A DNA stretch of 64,000 nucleotides from Dictyostelium discoideum (GCA_000004695.1 CM000151.3:4800001-4864000), one strand, 5' to 3'. Shown: positions 13,752 to 25,194, counted from the stretch's first letter. A program made the numbers and translations. Notes: generated by a model from the letters alone, not told the origin.

Positions 13752-13884
13752 TTAACATGAAACTGTTCTATAAATATCCTCGTGCCAAACAAATACATTA
13801 CGTCCACAAGTCATTAACTCTGGTGAAGTTGTACAATTTGTTGGATAGTCTTCGCAATACTATGAAAAATATTAAAAAAAATAT

Positions 13885-13915
<31 letters not shown>

Positions 13916-14016
13916 TTTTAACTATTATCGTTTTTTAAAATTAATTTCAATAAAACTTACCAATACTGATGCTGAAATTAAAAAAATAATTAAATTGGAA
14001 ATTTAAATCGTGTGTT

Positions 14017-14060
<44 letters not shown>

Positions 14061-14729
14061 ATTTAATACATATGTTCACCTTGATCACAATAAAATTTTG
14101 AAAAAGAATTATTTCCTAAAAAAAAAAAAAAAGAATTATTAATTAGTAATCAATTTAAAAAAAAAAAAAAATAATAATAATAATGATAATAATAATAAAT
14201 AATTTTATTACCTAAATGGAAAACAGTATTATTTGTATAAAAATAATACCATTGAGGATTACCTAAACAATTTGGATCAGTAAATTGAGAATATTTATAT
14301 GCATATTCTGGCATACTTGTTGGATTTTCTTTAATTGTAACCAAAACATAATTATATGGTTGATAATACATGTAACCAATATCTGGAACTTTGTAACACT
14401 CATTAGGAAAAAAAAGTTACATCATCTTCTGAATTTGAATTTGAACATGTAATATCAGACCCTTTATATAACTGAAATGTTGCATTTGCATTATCTTTTC
14501 CAAGTGTTTTATAATTATTTAAAGTTGATGTAAAATCACCAATAGCAAAACATTCACCAACAACAAATGCATAACAAACTCCATTTTCACCTTTTGATAC
14601 CGTACATTCATAATCTTCGTATGGTGTCATCTCTACATAATAAACTGATTCAACAACCAATATTGTTGAAAAACAACAAATTATAATAAATAAACAAATA
14701 AAATAAATTAAATTATTATTATTAAACAT
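13752..14729 (-). pseudogene. Secreted Cys-containing family protein, paralog A of the gene at 16957..17847. Probably disrupted. Exon-like parts: 14212..14729, 14080..14115, 13961..13971, 13752..13859.
   Basis: It shares the signal peptide and the STILVVESVYYVEMTPYED…VVGECFA…NPTSMP…NPQWY…FYC module with paralog B. The frame breaks inside an A8/T8 homopolymer at about 14408..14415 (DDVTFFS* followed by +1-frame …ECYKVPDIGYMYYQPYNYV). An AT-rich (TAT)n insertion at 14116..14211 is flanked by GT..AG. The donor after exon 1 is degenerate: GGTGAACATATGT, where paralog B has GGTGAACGTAAGT. The 11-nt micro-exon (CATCAGTATTG) and the terminal exon (YCEDYPTNCTTSPELMTCGRNVFVWHEDIYRTVSC*) are retained. 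Confidence 0.5.
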
Positions 14730-14831
14730 TTTAAAAAACTAAATGTGAAAATAAAAAAAAAATAAAAAAAAAAAAAAACCAAAATAAACCTTATAAAAAA
14801 GTAAATTAATTATGAATAAAAATATAAAATA

Positions 14832-14990
14832 TTAATTTTTTGAATATTTAGATCCTAATACTTTAATGACCCCATCTGATTTTGAGTCAATCTCTTGGTG
14901 ACATTGATCACATTTTTCGTATTTTGTTTTAGTTATGTTTTGAATACATGTTGCACACCATGGTTTACTTTCATATTGATAAAATTCATC
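14832..14990 (-). other. Orphan exon-like ORF encoding a C-x2-C-x11-C-x2-(C/H) zinc-ribbon-like peptide; no start codon found.
   Basis: Translation is …KKIDEFYQYESKPWCATCIQNITKTKYEKCDQCHQEIDSKSDGVIKVLGSKYSKN*. It follows an AG (AAATAG|GATGAA) and an upstream in-frame stop, so it looks like a 3' exon. No convincing upstream exon exists between it and the Gfo/Idh/MocA gene. Confidence 0.2.
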
Positions 14991-15158
14991 TATTTTTTTT
15001 TTTAAAAAAAAAAAAAATTAGTTATCTTTATGAAAATCTTGACGTCATAAAACAAAATAAAATAAAATATCCAAAAATATCTTTTTTTTTTTTTTTTTTT
15101 TAAAAAATAATTTTAAAACTTTATAAAATATCTAAAAATATCTTTTTTTTTTTTTTTT

Positions 15159-16451
15159 TTAAAAAGTTAAAACACTATTTTTTAATCTTGATTTTTCAGA
15201 TTCAAATACTAATTTATGAGAAGCAAGAGTATCATCAGGACCAGATAAAATTTGAGTTGGATCATTTTCAGAGACTGCATAAATAAATGATCTCATGAGG
15301 TAATAATCTGAAGCACCATGATTTGACATTTTTGTATTTTGAATTATTTGTGGTTTAAAGATTTCTTTATCACCAAATCTAAAGTCATCATAGACGATGT
15401 CATAACCATTGTTACATTCTAATTGACCCATTGAACCAAAGATTCTAATTTTACGTACACACATACTCTCTGTGAATGCAACCATACTAAAAGAGGAGAG
15501 AGCACCACCTTCAAATTCTAAATTCACAACTTGCTGATCGACTACGTCATTATCACTCTCATAGACACATCTACCATAGGGACCGTTTTCAATTGCCAAT
15601 TTAACATTCTCTTTTGTTGGCTCTCTATCTGGTACTAGTACATCCCTTTTCCAAGGATAATGCTCTAAATAAATCTTTTGAGCACTGTATGGACACGTTT
15701 TGCTAATTGCGCATTCTACACATCTCTTTGCACTACCAGCATTGGTAGGTTTTTTCTCCTTTTTAAAGTATGTCAAGCTACCAAATGACGATACTTTCTT
15801 GCACTTTTTTCCGCCCATAAAATAATGAATCAAGTCAAGATCATGACACGACTTTGCCAATAGCATGAATGTCGAGGTTGAGAGTTTTCTCCAATTGCCT
15901 CTGACATAGGAATGGGCGTGGTGGTAGTACCCCACAGGCTCCAAATGCTGGATGTTTAGCACCTCCCCTATCAATCCACTGTCTATCAATTGCTTGATTT
16001 TAATATTAACCGGTGAGTATCTCAATACGTGGCAAACAGATAACATGACATTGTTGGCTTTGCAAGCTGATGTAATTCTCTCACAATCTTTTTCAGTGAT
16101 AGCTAATGGTTTCTCTACTAATAAATGATACTTTTTATTAGCAAATGCAATTGCAGGCTCACAATGTAATTGGTCGGGTGTTGCTATTAACACTGCATCT
16201 GCGAATTTATCCATTGATATTATGTCTTTCCAATTTTCAAATATCATATCACTTGATAATCCAAATTCATTACCAAGTGTATCTCTTCTAAATTTAATTG
16301 GATCACATACTGCAACAATCTTTAATCTATTTGGTCTTTCAATTGAATATCTACTATAAACATATCCTCTTTGACCACACCCAATTATTATTAATTTTAC
16401 AATTTTATTATTATCAAATTTCTTTTCTTCATTTTCAATATTATCTTCCAT
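15159..16451 (-). CDS. Gfo/Idh/MocA-family NAD(P)-dependent oxidoreductase (430 aa)
   Basis: N-terminal Rossmann fold KLIIIGCGQRGYVYS…IVAVCDP. The family pattern …EKPLA…DLIHY… is present. Single uninterrupted ORF. Confidence 0.8.
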   Translation of the reverse strand: MEDNIENEEKKFDNNKIVKLIIIGCGQRGYVYSRYSIERPNRLKIVAVCDPIKFRRDTLGNEFGLSSDMIFENWKDIISMDKFADAVLIATPDQLHCEPAIAFANKKYHLLVEKPLAITEKDCERITSACKANNVMLSVCHVLRYSPVNIKIKQLIDSGLIGEVLNIQHLEPVGYYHHAHSYVRGNWRKLSTSTFMLLAKSCHDLDLIHYFMGGKKCKKVSSFGSLTYFKKEKKPTNAGSAKRCVECAISKTCPYSAQKIYLEHYPWKRDVLVPDREPTKENVKLAIENGPYGRCVYESDNDVVDQQVVNLEFEGGALSSFSMVAFTESMCVRKIRIFGSMGQLECNNGYDIVYDDFRFGDKEIFKPQIIQNTKMSNHGASDYYLMRSFIYAVSENDPTQILSGPDDTLASHKLVFESEKSRLKNSVLTF

Positions 16452-16956
16452 TTTTTTTAATAACTATACTTTTTTTATATATAAATAATTATTAGATGTA
16501 GTGGTAAAAAATTAAAGAAAATAAAAAAAAAAAAAAAAAATTAATTAAAAAAAAAAAAAAAAAAAAAAATTAAAAAAAAAAAATTCAGAGAACGTTCAAA
16601 TAAAAACATTTAAACTTTAATGGGATAAATGAAATAATAAAAAAAAAAATAAAAAAAAGGTATAAAAAAAGGTATTAAAAAAAAAAAAGGTAGCTGTTTA
16701 ATTTAAATTTTTTATTTTGTCAAATCATTTTTGTTTTAAGAATGAATAAATAAAAAAAAAAAAAATATTAAAATATTGAAAAAAAAAAAAAAAAAATCAG
16801 CTCAATTATTTTTTTTTATTTGGAATATATTTTAAATAAAATAATCAAGATTTAACTCTTTTTTTTTTTCATTTATAAATTAAAATTATTTTTCATTTTT
16901 TTATTTTTTTTTTTTTTTTTTGGTTTGTATAAAAAAAAAAAAAATATTAATTATAT

Positions 16957-17847
16957 TTAACATGAATCTAAATAGTAAATGGGTTCTTTCCATGCCCATG
17001 CATTACGACTACATGGTCTGTATATATCTGTAGATGTGCAATTACTTGATGAACCTTCACAATACTATTTATAAAAAAAATATATAAAAATATTAGAATA
17101 ATTTTAAAAAACTAGTTTTCCTGTTTTTTTTTTTTTTTTTTTTTTTTTAAACTTACCAATTCGTATGCTAATTTTTATTTATATTATATTTGAATGAAAC
17201 AAATAAAATTTAATTTTATTAGGATCTATAATTTTAATATTTTATAATTTTTTTTTTTAAAAAAAAAAGGTTAAAATATACTTACGTTCACCTTCATCAC
17301 AATAAAATTTACTGAAATCATTATTACCATAATGGAATGTTGTACCATTTGTATAGAAAAAGTACCATTGGGGATTGGTAGCACAATTGGAATCACTATA
17401 TTGTGTGAATTTAAAAGCATACTGTGGCATGCTTGTTGGATTTTCTACAATTGAAACTAAAACATAATTATATATATTTGGATACATATTATTGTCAGCG
17501 TAATTTGGTGCATTATAACAACTTCCTGATTGATAAGTAACATCATTTACTGGATTAGCTTGTGAACATGTTGAATCTGAATTTTGATATTGATGAAATG
17601 TTGCTGTATTATTACCAACACCGCTAAGTGAAATCACATAATTATTAATTATTGGCGCAAAACTACCAACAGCAAAACATTCACCAACAACAAATGCATA
17701 ACCAACTCCACTTTCACCTTTTGAAACTGTACATGCATCATCTTCATATGGTGTCATCTCTACATAATAAACTGACTCAACAACCAATATTGTCGATCCG
17801 ATTAATAACAATAAACTTAAAAAATAAATAATATTTTCAAATTTCAT
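16957..17847 (-). CDS. Secreted Cys-containing family protein, paralog B (intact). Exons 17286..17847, 17157..17167 (11-nt micro-exon) and 16957..17064.
   Basis: Signal peptide MKFENIIYFLSLLLLIGS. Exon 1 ends …FYCDEGE at a GTAAGT donor in phase 1. The micro-exon CATACGAATTG is flanked by TTAG and GTAAGT. The final exon (acceptor AAATAG) encodes YCEGSSSNCTSTDIYRPCSRNAWAWKEPIYYLDSC*. Exon sizes and phases match paralog A. Confidence 0.6.
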
Positions 17848-18449
17848 TTTTTTTTTTTTTTTAATTTTTTTTTTTTATTATTATAATTAATTTGAATTTA
17901 TTTTTATATAAAATGATCAATAATAAAAAAAATTAAAAAAAATTTTAAAAATAAAAAACTAAACAAAAAAAAAAAAAAAATTAAAAAAAATCATTTTTTT
18001 AAGATATTTTGGATAATTCAATTATAAAAAAATAAAATATCTTTTTTTTTTTATTGGAGAAATAATAAGAAAAATCTTTTTTAACACATCACCAATTCTA
18101 TTTTTTTTAGGTGACACCTTTCTTGAAATAAAAAAATAAAAATCCAAAATAAAAAATTCTAATAAAATTTAAAAAAAAAAATAAAAAAAAAAGATTATTT
18201 ATAGGTATATAAAATTTAATACAATGAAAACCTTATTTTAATTAATTTTTTGGGTGTTTAATAAATAAAAAATAATAAAATCTGTGTGTGTTTTTTTTTT
18301 TTTTTTTTTTTTTGTAAAGTGGGTCTTTATTTTTATTTTTATTTTTGTTTTTTATTTTTTATTTTTTATTTTTTATTTTTTATTCATCAAAAAAAAAAAA
18401 AAAAATACCACTTAATAAAAAAAGCTTATAATCAAAAATAAAAAAAAAA

Positions 18450-19598
18450 ATGATTAGTGCAAATATAAAAATTATAGTTTATGGAGGTAAATCTGGTTGG
18501 ATTGGTCAAAAAATTATAGAGTTATTAAAATTAAATGATAATATTGAATATCATATAAGTGACTGTAGACTTGAAAATAGAGAATCAATTTTAACTGAAT
18601 TAGATAAAATTAAACCAACATCAGTAATAAACTGTGCAGGTGTAACTGGAAGACCAAATGTAGACTGGTGTGAAGATAATTAACAAGAAACAATAAGGTA
18701 AAAAAAAAAATATTAAAAATAATTAATTAAATTAGGCAATTTATTTCTTTTTTTTTTTTAAATGAAATAATTTTTTATAATATTTCAAAAACTACTATTT
18801 AAAAATAAAAAGTTACCAAATTTTATTAATTTGTATTTTCTATATAAATTTATTTAAAAGAAAAAAAAAGAAAACTAATTTAATTTTTTTTTTTATTTAT
18901 TTTTTTTTTTTATTTTATTTTTTTTTTTTTTTTATTAATAATTTTTTATTTTTTATTTCATTTTATTTAGATCAAATGTAATTGGTACTTTAAATTTAAT
19001 TGATTGTTGTTATTTAAGATCAATTCATATAACAAATTTTGCAACTGGATGTATTTATAAATATGATGAAAATCATCCAATGTATTCTGGTATTGGATTT
19101 AAAGAAGAGGAAGAATTTAATTATTTCGAATCACATTATAGTGTAACAAAACAAATGGTTGAAAAATTAACAAAACATTATGAAAGTAATACATTAACAT
19201 TAAGATTAAGAATGCCAATATCAGAGAATTTAAATGAACCAAGAAATTTCATTACAAAGATAATAAATTATGAAAGAGTTGTAAATATTCCAAATAGTTG
19301 TACAGTTTTACCAGACCTATTACCAATAGCAATTGATATGTCAATTAAACAAATTAAAGGTGTTTATAATTTCGTTAATCCTGGTGTAATTTCACATAAT
19401 GAAATATTAGATCTTTATACATTATTAATTAATCCAAATTTTAAGTATCAAAATTTCACTGAAATTGAACAATCAAAAATTTTAAAATGTGGTAGATCAA
19501 ATAATCATTTAGATACAACAAAACTTGAATCATTATATCCAACAATACCAAATATTAAAAAATCAATTGAAAATATTTTTTTAAATTCAAAAAAATAA
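18450..19598 (+). CDS. NRS/ER-like bifunctional dTDP/UDP-4-keto-6-deoxyglucose 3,5-epimerase/4-reductase (rhamnose synthase C-terminal type). Exons 18450..18697 and 18971..19598. An in-frame TAA lies at 18681..18683.
   Basis: The match to recalled Arabidopsis NRS/ER is strong along the whole length: KIIVYGGKSGWIGQ…KPTSVINCAGVTGRPNVDWCE…ETIR|SNVIGTLNLIDCC…ATGCIYKYDENHPMYSGIGFKEEE…PRNFITKI…NPGVISHNEILDLY…. The donor is ATAAG|GTAAAA and the acceptor TTATTTAG|A. The stop codon replaces the conserved Lys of CESHKVETIR. Confidence 0.7.
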
Positions 19599-19659
19599 AT
19601 TATTTATTATTTTTTATTATTTTTTTTTTAATTATTTAATTATTTTATTTAGTTTTTTT

Positions 19660-22302
19660 TTAAAATTGATATTTCCATTTTAATGGTACTAAATTAAAAG
19701 AAATATTTGTAATTGATAAATTTGTTTTTAATGAACGTTCAAAAACTTCTTTTGAACGATAAGTTAATTTATTAAAACTAAGATCTAAAACTTGAATATG
19801 AGTATTTGTAGCTAATGATTCAGCAAAGATTATACCAACTTTATCATTTATTTCATTTTCATTCATATTTAAACGAATTAAATGAGTACCATCATTTGCT
19901 AATAATGAAGCAATTGGTAAACTACCTTTATCACCTAAAGAAGTATAAGAGAGTTCTAAATGAATTAATGATCTATTTACTTTTAATGAATCTGCAATTA
20001 ATTGACCAAATTGAGGTGATAACTTGTTTTGACTCATATTTAAAAGTTTTAAAGTTTTATTATTTGATAAAGCCTCTGCGATATATTTGGCACCAGCATA
20101 GTCGATTTGATTACCAGAGATATCCAACGATTTCAATGAACAAGTTGAAGAATTTAATGCACGAGCAATACCCTCTGCAAAACCATTACCTAAACTATTG
20201 GTTGATAGAGATAGGGCAGTAATAGTTTTATTATTCGATAAAGCATCGGCTAATTCCCAACCACCTGAAGTATCGAAAATTCTATTATCGGAAAGATTTA
20301 ATCTTGTAATTGTACTATTAACTTCCAATGCTCTCGCAATCGATATTAAACTTACACCCAATTTATTAGATTTAAAATTAATGTCCACTAATGTAGAAGT
20401 TTTCTTTGAGAGTGTTTTTGAAATCTCTGATGCACTTGCACTTTCTAATTGACAATTTGATAAATTCAATTCATTCAATACGGTGGTGGTTGATTTACCT
20501 AATGATTCGAAAAATACAGCACCCGATTGATCATCGATATGATCCAAATGAACCGATTTCAAAGTACTATTATGAGCCAATGAATTACCAAGCATAATTG
20601 CAGTTTGACCATTGATATAATTTAAACGTAAATAAAGTCTCTCCAATTTATTATTGGTTTTCATTGCTCTTGCCAATGCAATACCACCCTCTGGTGCAAT
20701 ATGATTGTAAAAGAAATCAATGGTTTTCAAACTTGTCTTATTGGTTGACATAAGTTGTGCCAATTTTATAGCTGTTGCATTACCAAGTTTATTACCACGA
20801 AAATCTATCGATTCAATAGTAGTATTCTCTGATAGTGCATTTATAACTGCATCTATTGAATCATCATCTAAATTACCATGACGAAATGATAAATGAGTAA
20901 TGGAAGTATTAATTCTCAATGCATTACCAATTGCCATGAAATTCTCTGGCGAGATCCATTTTTGATAGAATCTAAAATAAGTCATCGAATTTGCAACCTC
21001 AAAGAATTGGGTGAATAAATTTTTACTAAATGAATTTGATAAGATCGGTTTAGTGGTAGCTTTCATGAATTTCTCAGGTACACGATCTGGCATTGTATGT
21101 TTTACAACATTCATAAATTTTTGAAATGTTGATGATTTATCAATATGCATTGCAACATAGTAAAATTTAAATTTCTTACCACCCTCAATTAAACCTTGTG
21201 TTGTCAATTGAATTAATGAACGTAAATGTTTTGGTGATTTAACAGTGAAATAAGTGAATACTTGTGGAGCTAATTTACATCCCCATAATTTACAAACTAA
21301 ACAAATTGTTTCCAATTCTAAATTTGGATTCTTTTTAACTATTATACCATTGCCACTATTACTACCACTATTATTTAAACTATTTAATAATGATGATCCC
21401 AATGGTGAACCACCATCAGAACCTGATGAACCACCTGACATACTTAATTGACCATTGTTGTTGCTTCCGTTATTGGATGCACTTTCACCCTCTGGTGAAC
21501 CACTAAATCTTATCTCTGATTTCTCTAAATCAACTTTATTCTCTATTAAATAATATAAAATCTTTGTTATAACTGTATGTGGTAAATTATTTATATTCAA
21601 TTTATCTGTAGATTTAAAAAATGTTTTACTTAATGATTTCTTTAATTGACCATGTTTTGATTCTTTATTCTCTTTTTCTTTTTTACTTGATCCCAAACTT
21701 GTTGTAATTGTACTTGTTTCATCATCTTCATTAAAATCAACTGCTTTATTTAATTCTACATTTTTATGACGTCTAATATGATGATGTCTATGTTCTTTAT
21801 CTTTATGTTCTTTATCTTTATGTTCTTTATCTTTATCCTTATGTTCTTTATCTTTATCTTTATGTTCTTTATCTTTATGCTTATGTTCTTTATCTTTATG
21901 TTCTTTGTGTTCTTTATCTTTATGTTCTTTATGTTCTTTATGTTCTTTATGTTCTTTATGTTCTTTATGATCATCATTATCATTGGTAGTTGTATCTTCA
22001 AAATCTGATGAATCAGGACTAAGAGTAAGTTCACCTAATCCATCTGGTAAATTTTTATTTTTTTTACTACTTTTCTTTTTATTTGGTGAATGAAATGCTG
22101 ATGCTATGAATGCTAATGGTGATGATGGTCTTCTAGGTTTAGTTTGTGGTGGTGATTTATGAAGTTTTGTATTGTTTATTGTTGATAACTCTTCGGCATT
22201 ATTATCAAACGATGATGATAATCCACCACCTTTTGGTGGGGAATTTTGTGGTATTAATTCTATACTATCCACTAATATTTTTGGTGGTGGTAATTCACTC
22301 AT
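19660..22302 (-). CDS. F-box-like / leucine-rich-repeat (ribonuclease-inhibitor type) protein with an (HKEHKD)n His-Lys-Glu repeat, 880 aa
   Basis: The N-terminal region carries the HKEHKEHKEHKDKEHKEHKDKEHKHKDKEH… repeat. An F-box-like segment is LPHTVITKILYYLIENKV. The C-terminal half is RNI-type LRRs, about 28 residues each, of the form L..L.LS.N.I.D.G...LA.AL..N..L. Single ORF. Confidence 0.85.
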   Translation of the reverse strand: MSELPPPKILVDSIELIPQNSPPKGGGLSSSFDNNAEELSTINNTKLHKSPPQTKPRRPSSPLAFIASAFHSPNKKKSSKKNKNLPDGLGELTLSPDSSDFEDTTTNDNDDHKEHKEHKEHKEHKEHKDKEHKEHKDKEHKHKDKEHKDKDKEHKDKDKEHKDKEHKDKEHRHHHIRRHKNVELNKAVDFNEDDETSTITTSLGSSKKEKENKESKHGQLKKSLSKTFFKSTDKLNINNLPHTVITKILYYLIENKVDLEKSEIRFSGSPEGESASNNGSNNNGQLSMSGGSSGSDGGSPLGSSLLNSLNNSGSNSGNGIIVKKNPNLELETICLVCKLWGCKLAPQVFTYFTVKSPKHLRSLIQLTTQGLIEGGKKFKFYYVAMHIDKSSTFQKFMNVVKHTMPDRVPEKFMKATTKPILSNSFSKNLFTQFFEVANSMTYFRFYQKWISPENFMAIGNALRINTSITHLSFRHGNLDDDSIDAVINALSENTTIESIDFRGNKLGNATAIKLAQLMSTNKTSLKTIDFFYNHIAPEGGIALARAMKTNNKLERLYLRLNYINGQTAIMLGNSLAHNSTLKSVHLDHIDDQSGAVFFESLGKSTTTVLNELNLSNCQLESASASEISKTLSKKTSTLVDINFKSNKLGVSLISIARALEVNSTITRLNLSDNRIFDTSGGWELADALSNNKTITALSLSTNSLGNGFAEGIARALNSSTCSLKSLDISGNQIDYAGAKYIAEALSNNKTLKLLNMSQNKLSPQFGQLIADSLKVNRSLIHLELSYTSLGDKGSLPIASLLANDGTHLIRLNMNENEINDKVGIIFAESLATNTHIQVLDLSFNKLTYRSKEVFERSLKTNLSITNISFNLVPLKWKYQF

Positions 22303-23245
22303 TTTTTAATTTTATTTATATATTTATATACAGGTTTTATTTTTAATTTTATTATTTATTTATTTATTTATTATTGAATATAAAAATATTTTTTTATTAT
22401 TATTTTTTATTTTAATTTTTTTTTTTTTTTAATTATTTATTGGAAAAAAAAGAAAAAATAATAAAACTAATTAAAGTAAAATGTATATGTTTTATACAAA
22501 AATAGTATTATAAATAATTTTTTATAAAAAGAAATGCAAATTTGGTATGACAACGACTGACAGATTTTTTTTTTTTTAAGTGTTTAATTTATGAAAAAAA
22601 GAAAATTAAAAAAAAATGAAATAAAATTAAAAAAAAAAATTAAAAAATTAAAAATAGGTTACAATTTTTTTTTTTTTTTTTTTTTTTTTATTATTTTATT
22701 TTAAATTATTATTATTATAATTATTCTACTTTCTTTATTTTATTTTTTTTTTTTTTTTTTATTATTTTATTTTTTTTTTTTTTATTTTTTTTTTTTTTAA
22801 TGACTTTTAAAGTGATTAGTGGTGAACTGTTTGGAATGAAAATAAAAATAAAATTTTTTGGCAAAGGTTGGATTAAAAAAAAAAAAAAAATAAAAATAAA
22901 AAAAAAAAAAAAAAATAAAAATAAAAATAAAAATTAAATATTTTTTTTGATTATTAGAACCACCAAAACGAAGTGTCTTTTTTTTATGAAAATAAAAAAA
23001 TCAGCTTACGAAAATTTTCAAGATCACAATGCAAATATTTGATATATAACTTTTATTTTATTTAAAAATTTTATAATTGTTTATAATTATTATTTTTTAA
23101 ATTATATTTTCTAACCCTCAAAAACTCATAGTAATCAAATTATCTCAATTCTTAAACAAAAAAAATAAAAAAATAAAAATAATACTTTTAATTAAACCTT
23201 ATTATCAGACTTTCTCACTCATAATATCAAAATAAAAAAAAAAAT

Positions 23246-23276
<31 letters not shown>

Positions 23277-24885
23277 TTTTTTATTTTCAATTAATTTTAA
23301 AAAATCTAAAAATAAACCGACAAAATAACCTCACATTCTTTTCGGGTTACATTTTTAAAATAACTACTAAGGGTGGTAATACAAGCCCTATCGAATTAAA
23401 TTAATAAAAAAAAAAAAAAAAAAAAAAATAATAAAAAAAAAAATTATAATATTAAAAACTAAAATTCTTAATTTAAAACAATTTTTTTTTTTTTTTTTGT
23501 TATTACTGAAATCTGAATCATAATGCAACGACAATTTTTATAATATTTATCTTATGAATCTGAATTTGAATCTGATACATTAATTTTTTATTATAAATAA
23601 TTATTGACACCACTATTTCATTTCCCATTATTTTTTATTGGGAAACAAAAAGCCCTGTTTAGTGATTTCAAAAAAAAAAAAATAATAAAAAAATAAAATG
23701 TGTATATATGTATATTTGAAAAAAAAAAAAAATCAATATTAAAAAATAATTTGAATGGCAACTCATTTTGATTACGTTCAATATTTAAATTTCAATTAGT
23801 TTATAGTTTTTTATTTTTTTTTTATTATTATTTTTTTTTTTTAAAAAAAAAATTATCTCAAGTGATTCAAATAATGATCAGAAAATAAAAAAAAAAAAAA
23901 AAAAAAAATGAAATAATGGCAACAAATCGAACAGGTATGCAATCAAGTTTCAAATAACCATCATGAAATATTTAAAAAAATAATAAAATTAAACAATGGG
24001 CAACAAATCAAACAGATATACAATCCCGTTTCAAATAACCATCAAATAAGCATCAAAAAAAAAAAAAAAAAAAAAAAAATTAAAAATGGTAAACTTATGT
24101 TATGTGGTAATTTAATTTCAAATAAAGATCAAGAAAAATATGGAAAACTAGTAAAAATATTAAAAAAAGTTATTTTTATTTTTATTTTTATTTTTTTTTT
24201 AATTTTTATTTTTTTTTCTTCGATTTCCAAGATTACTTTTCCATCATTTTCATAATAAAATTTAGGCCTATTATTAAATTATTATGATAAAAAAAAAAAA
24301 TAGTGTTGAGGGAAAATATTTTATTTTGCTTTGGTATAAAATTTTTTTTTTATTTTGGTTTACAAATCTCGATGGATATTTAACTCTTTTTTTTGAGAGA
24401 GAGTTTTTTTTTATTTTTTTTTTTAATTTATTTTTGCGCCCACACACAAAGCAACACATACAAAAAAACCATGTCAGTGACCACGTTGACAATTAAAAAA
24501 ATTACATAAAAATAAAAATAATTTAAAATTATTTTTTTTGATTTTTTTTTTTTTTTCCAATTTTTTTTTTTCTTCTCACATTTTTTTTTGAATTTTATTT
24601 TTTATTATTTATATTTTTTTTTAAATTTTATTTTTTTTTTTTTTAAAAATTTCTTTTTTTTTTTTTTTTTTTTTCTCAAAAATTACTTTTTTTTTTTATT
24701 ATTATTTTTGATAAAATAAAATTTTAAAGTTTTATACATATAGTTTTTTAATAAACAAATAATAATAAATAAATAATAATAAATAAATAATAATAAATAA
24801 AATATATAAATAAATATTTTAATAAATATAAAATTTTTTTTCACTTTTTTTTTTTTTTTCTTTTTGTGTATATAAATTAAAAAAA

Positions 24886-24948
24886 ATATAATATAAAATA
24901 TAAAATATAAAATATAAAATATAAAATATAAAATATAAAATATAAAAT
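24886..24948. repeat. (ATAAAAT)n heptanucleotide repeat abutting the bZIP start codon
   Basis: aatataaaatataaaat… repeated about 9 times, ending in ATG. Confidence 0.9.
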
Positions 24949-25156
24949 GGTTGAATTAGAATCAATGTCATCATCAAGCGAATGGTTTTTAAATAATAAC
25001 AGTAATATTCATAATAATACACACAATCATAATCATAATAATAATAATAACAATAATAATATAAATAGTAATAATCACGGCCATAGTGCAAATAGTAGTG
25101 CACACAACCACAACAACAATAATAATAATAATACCAATAATAATAGCAACAATAGC

Positions 25157-25194
<38 letters not shown>

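Noticed and set aside
19815-21451. Several + strand ORFs (19815.., 20198.., 20406.., 21254.., 21766..) overlapping the LRR gene
   Set aside because: They are antisense to a long, domain-supported minus-strand ORF. The 21766.. ORF is the mirror of the HKE repeat.
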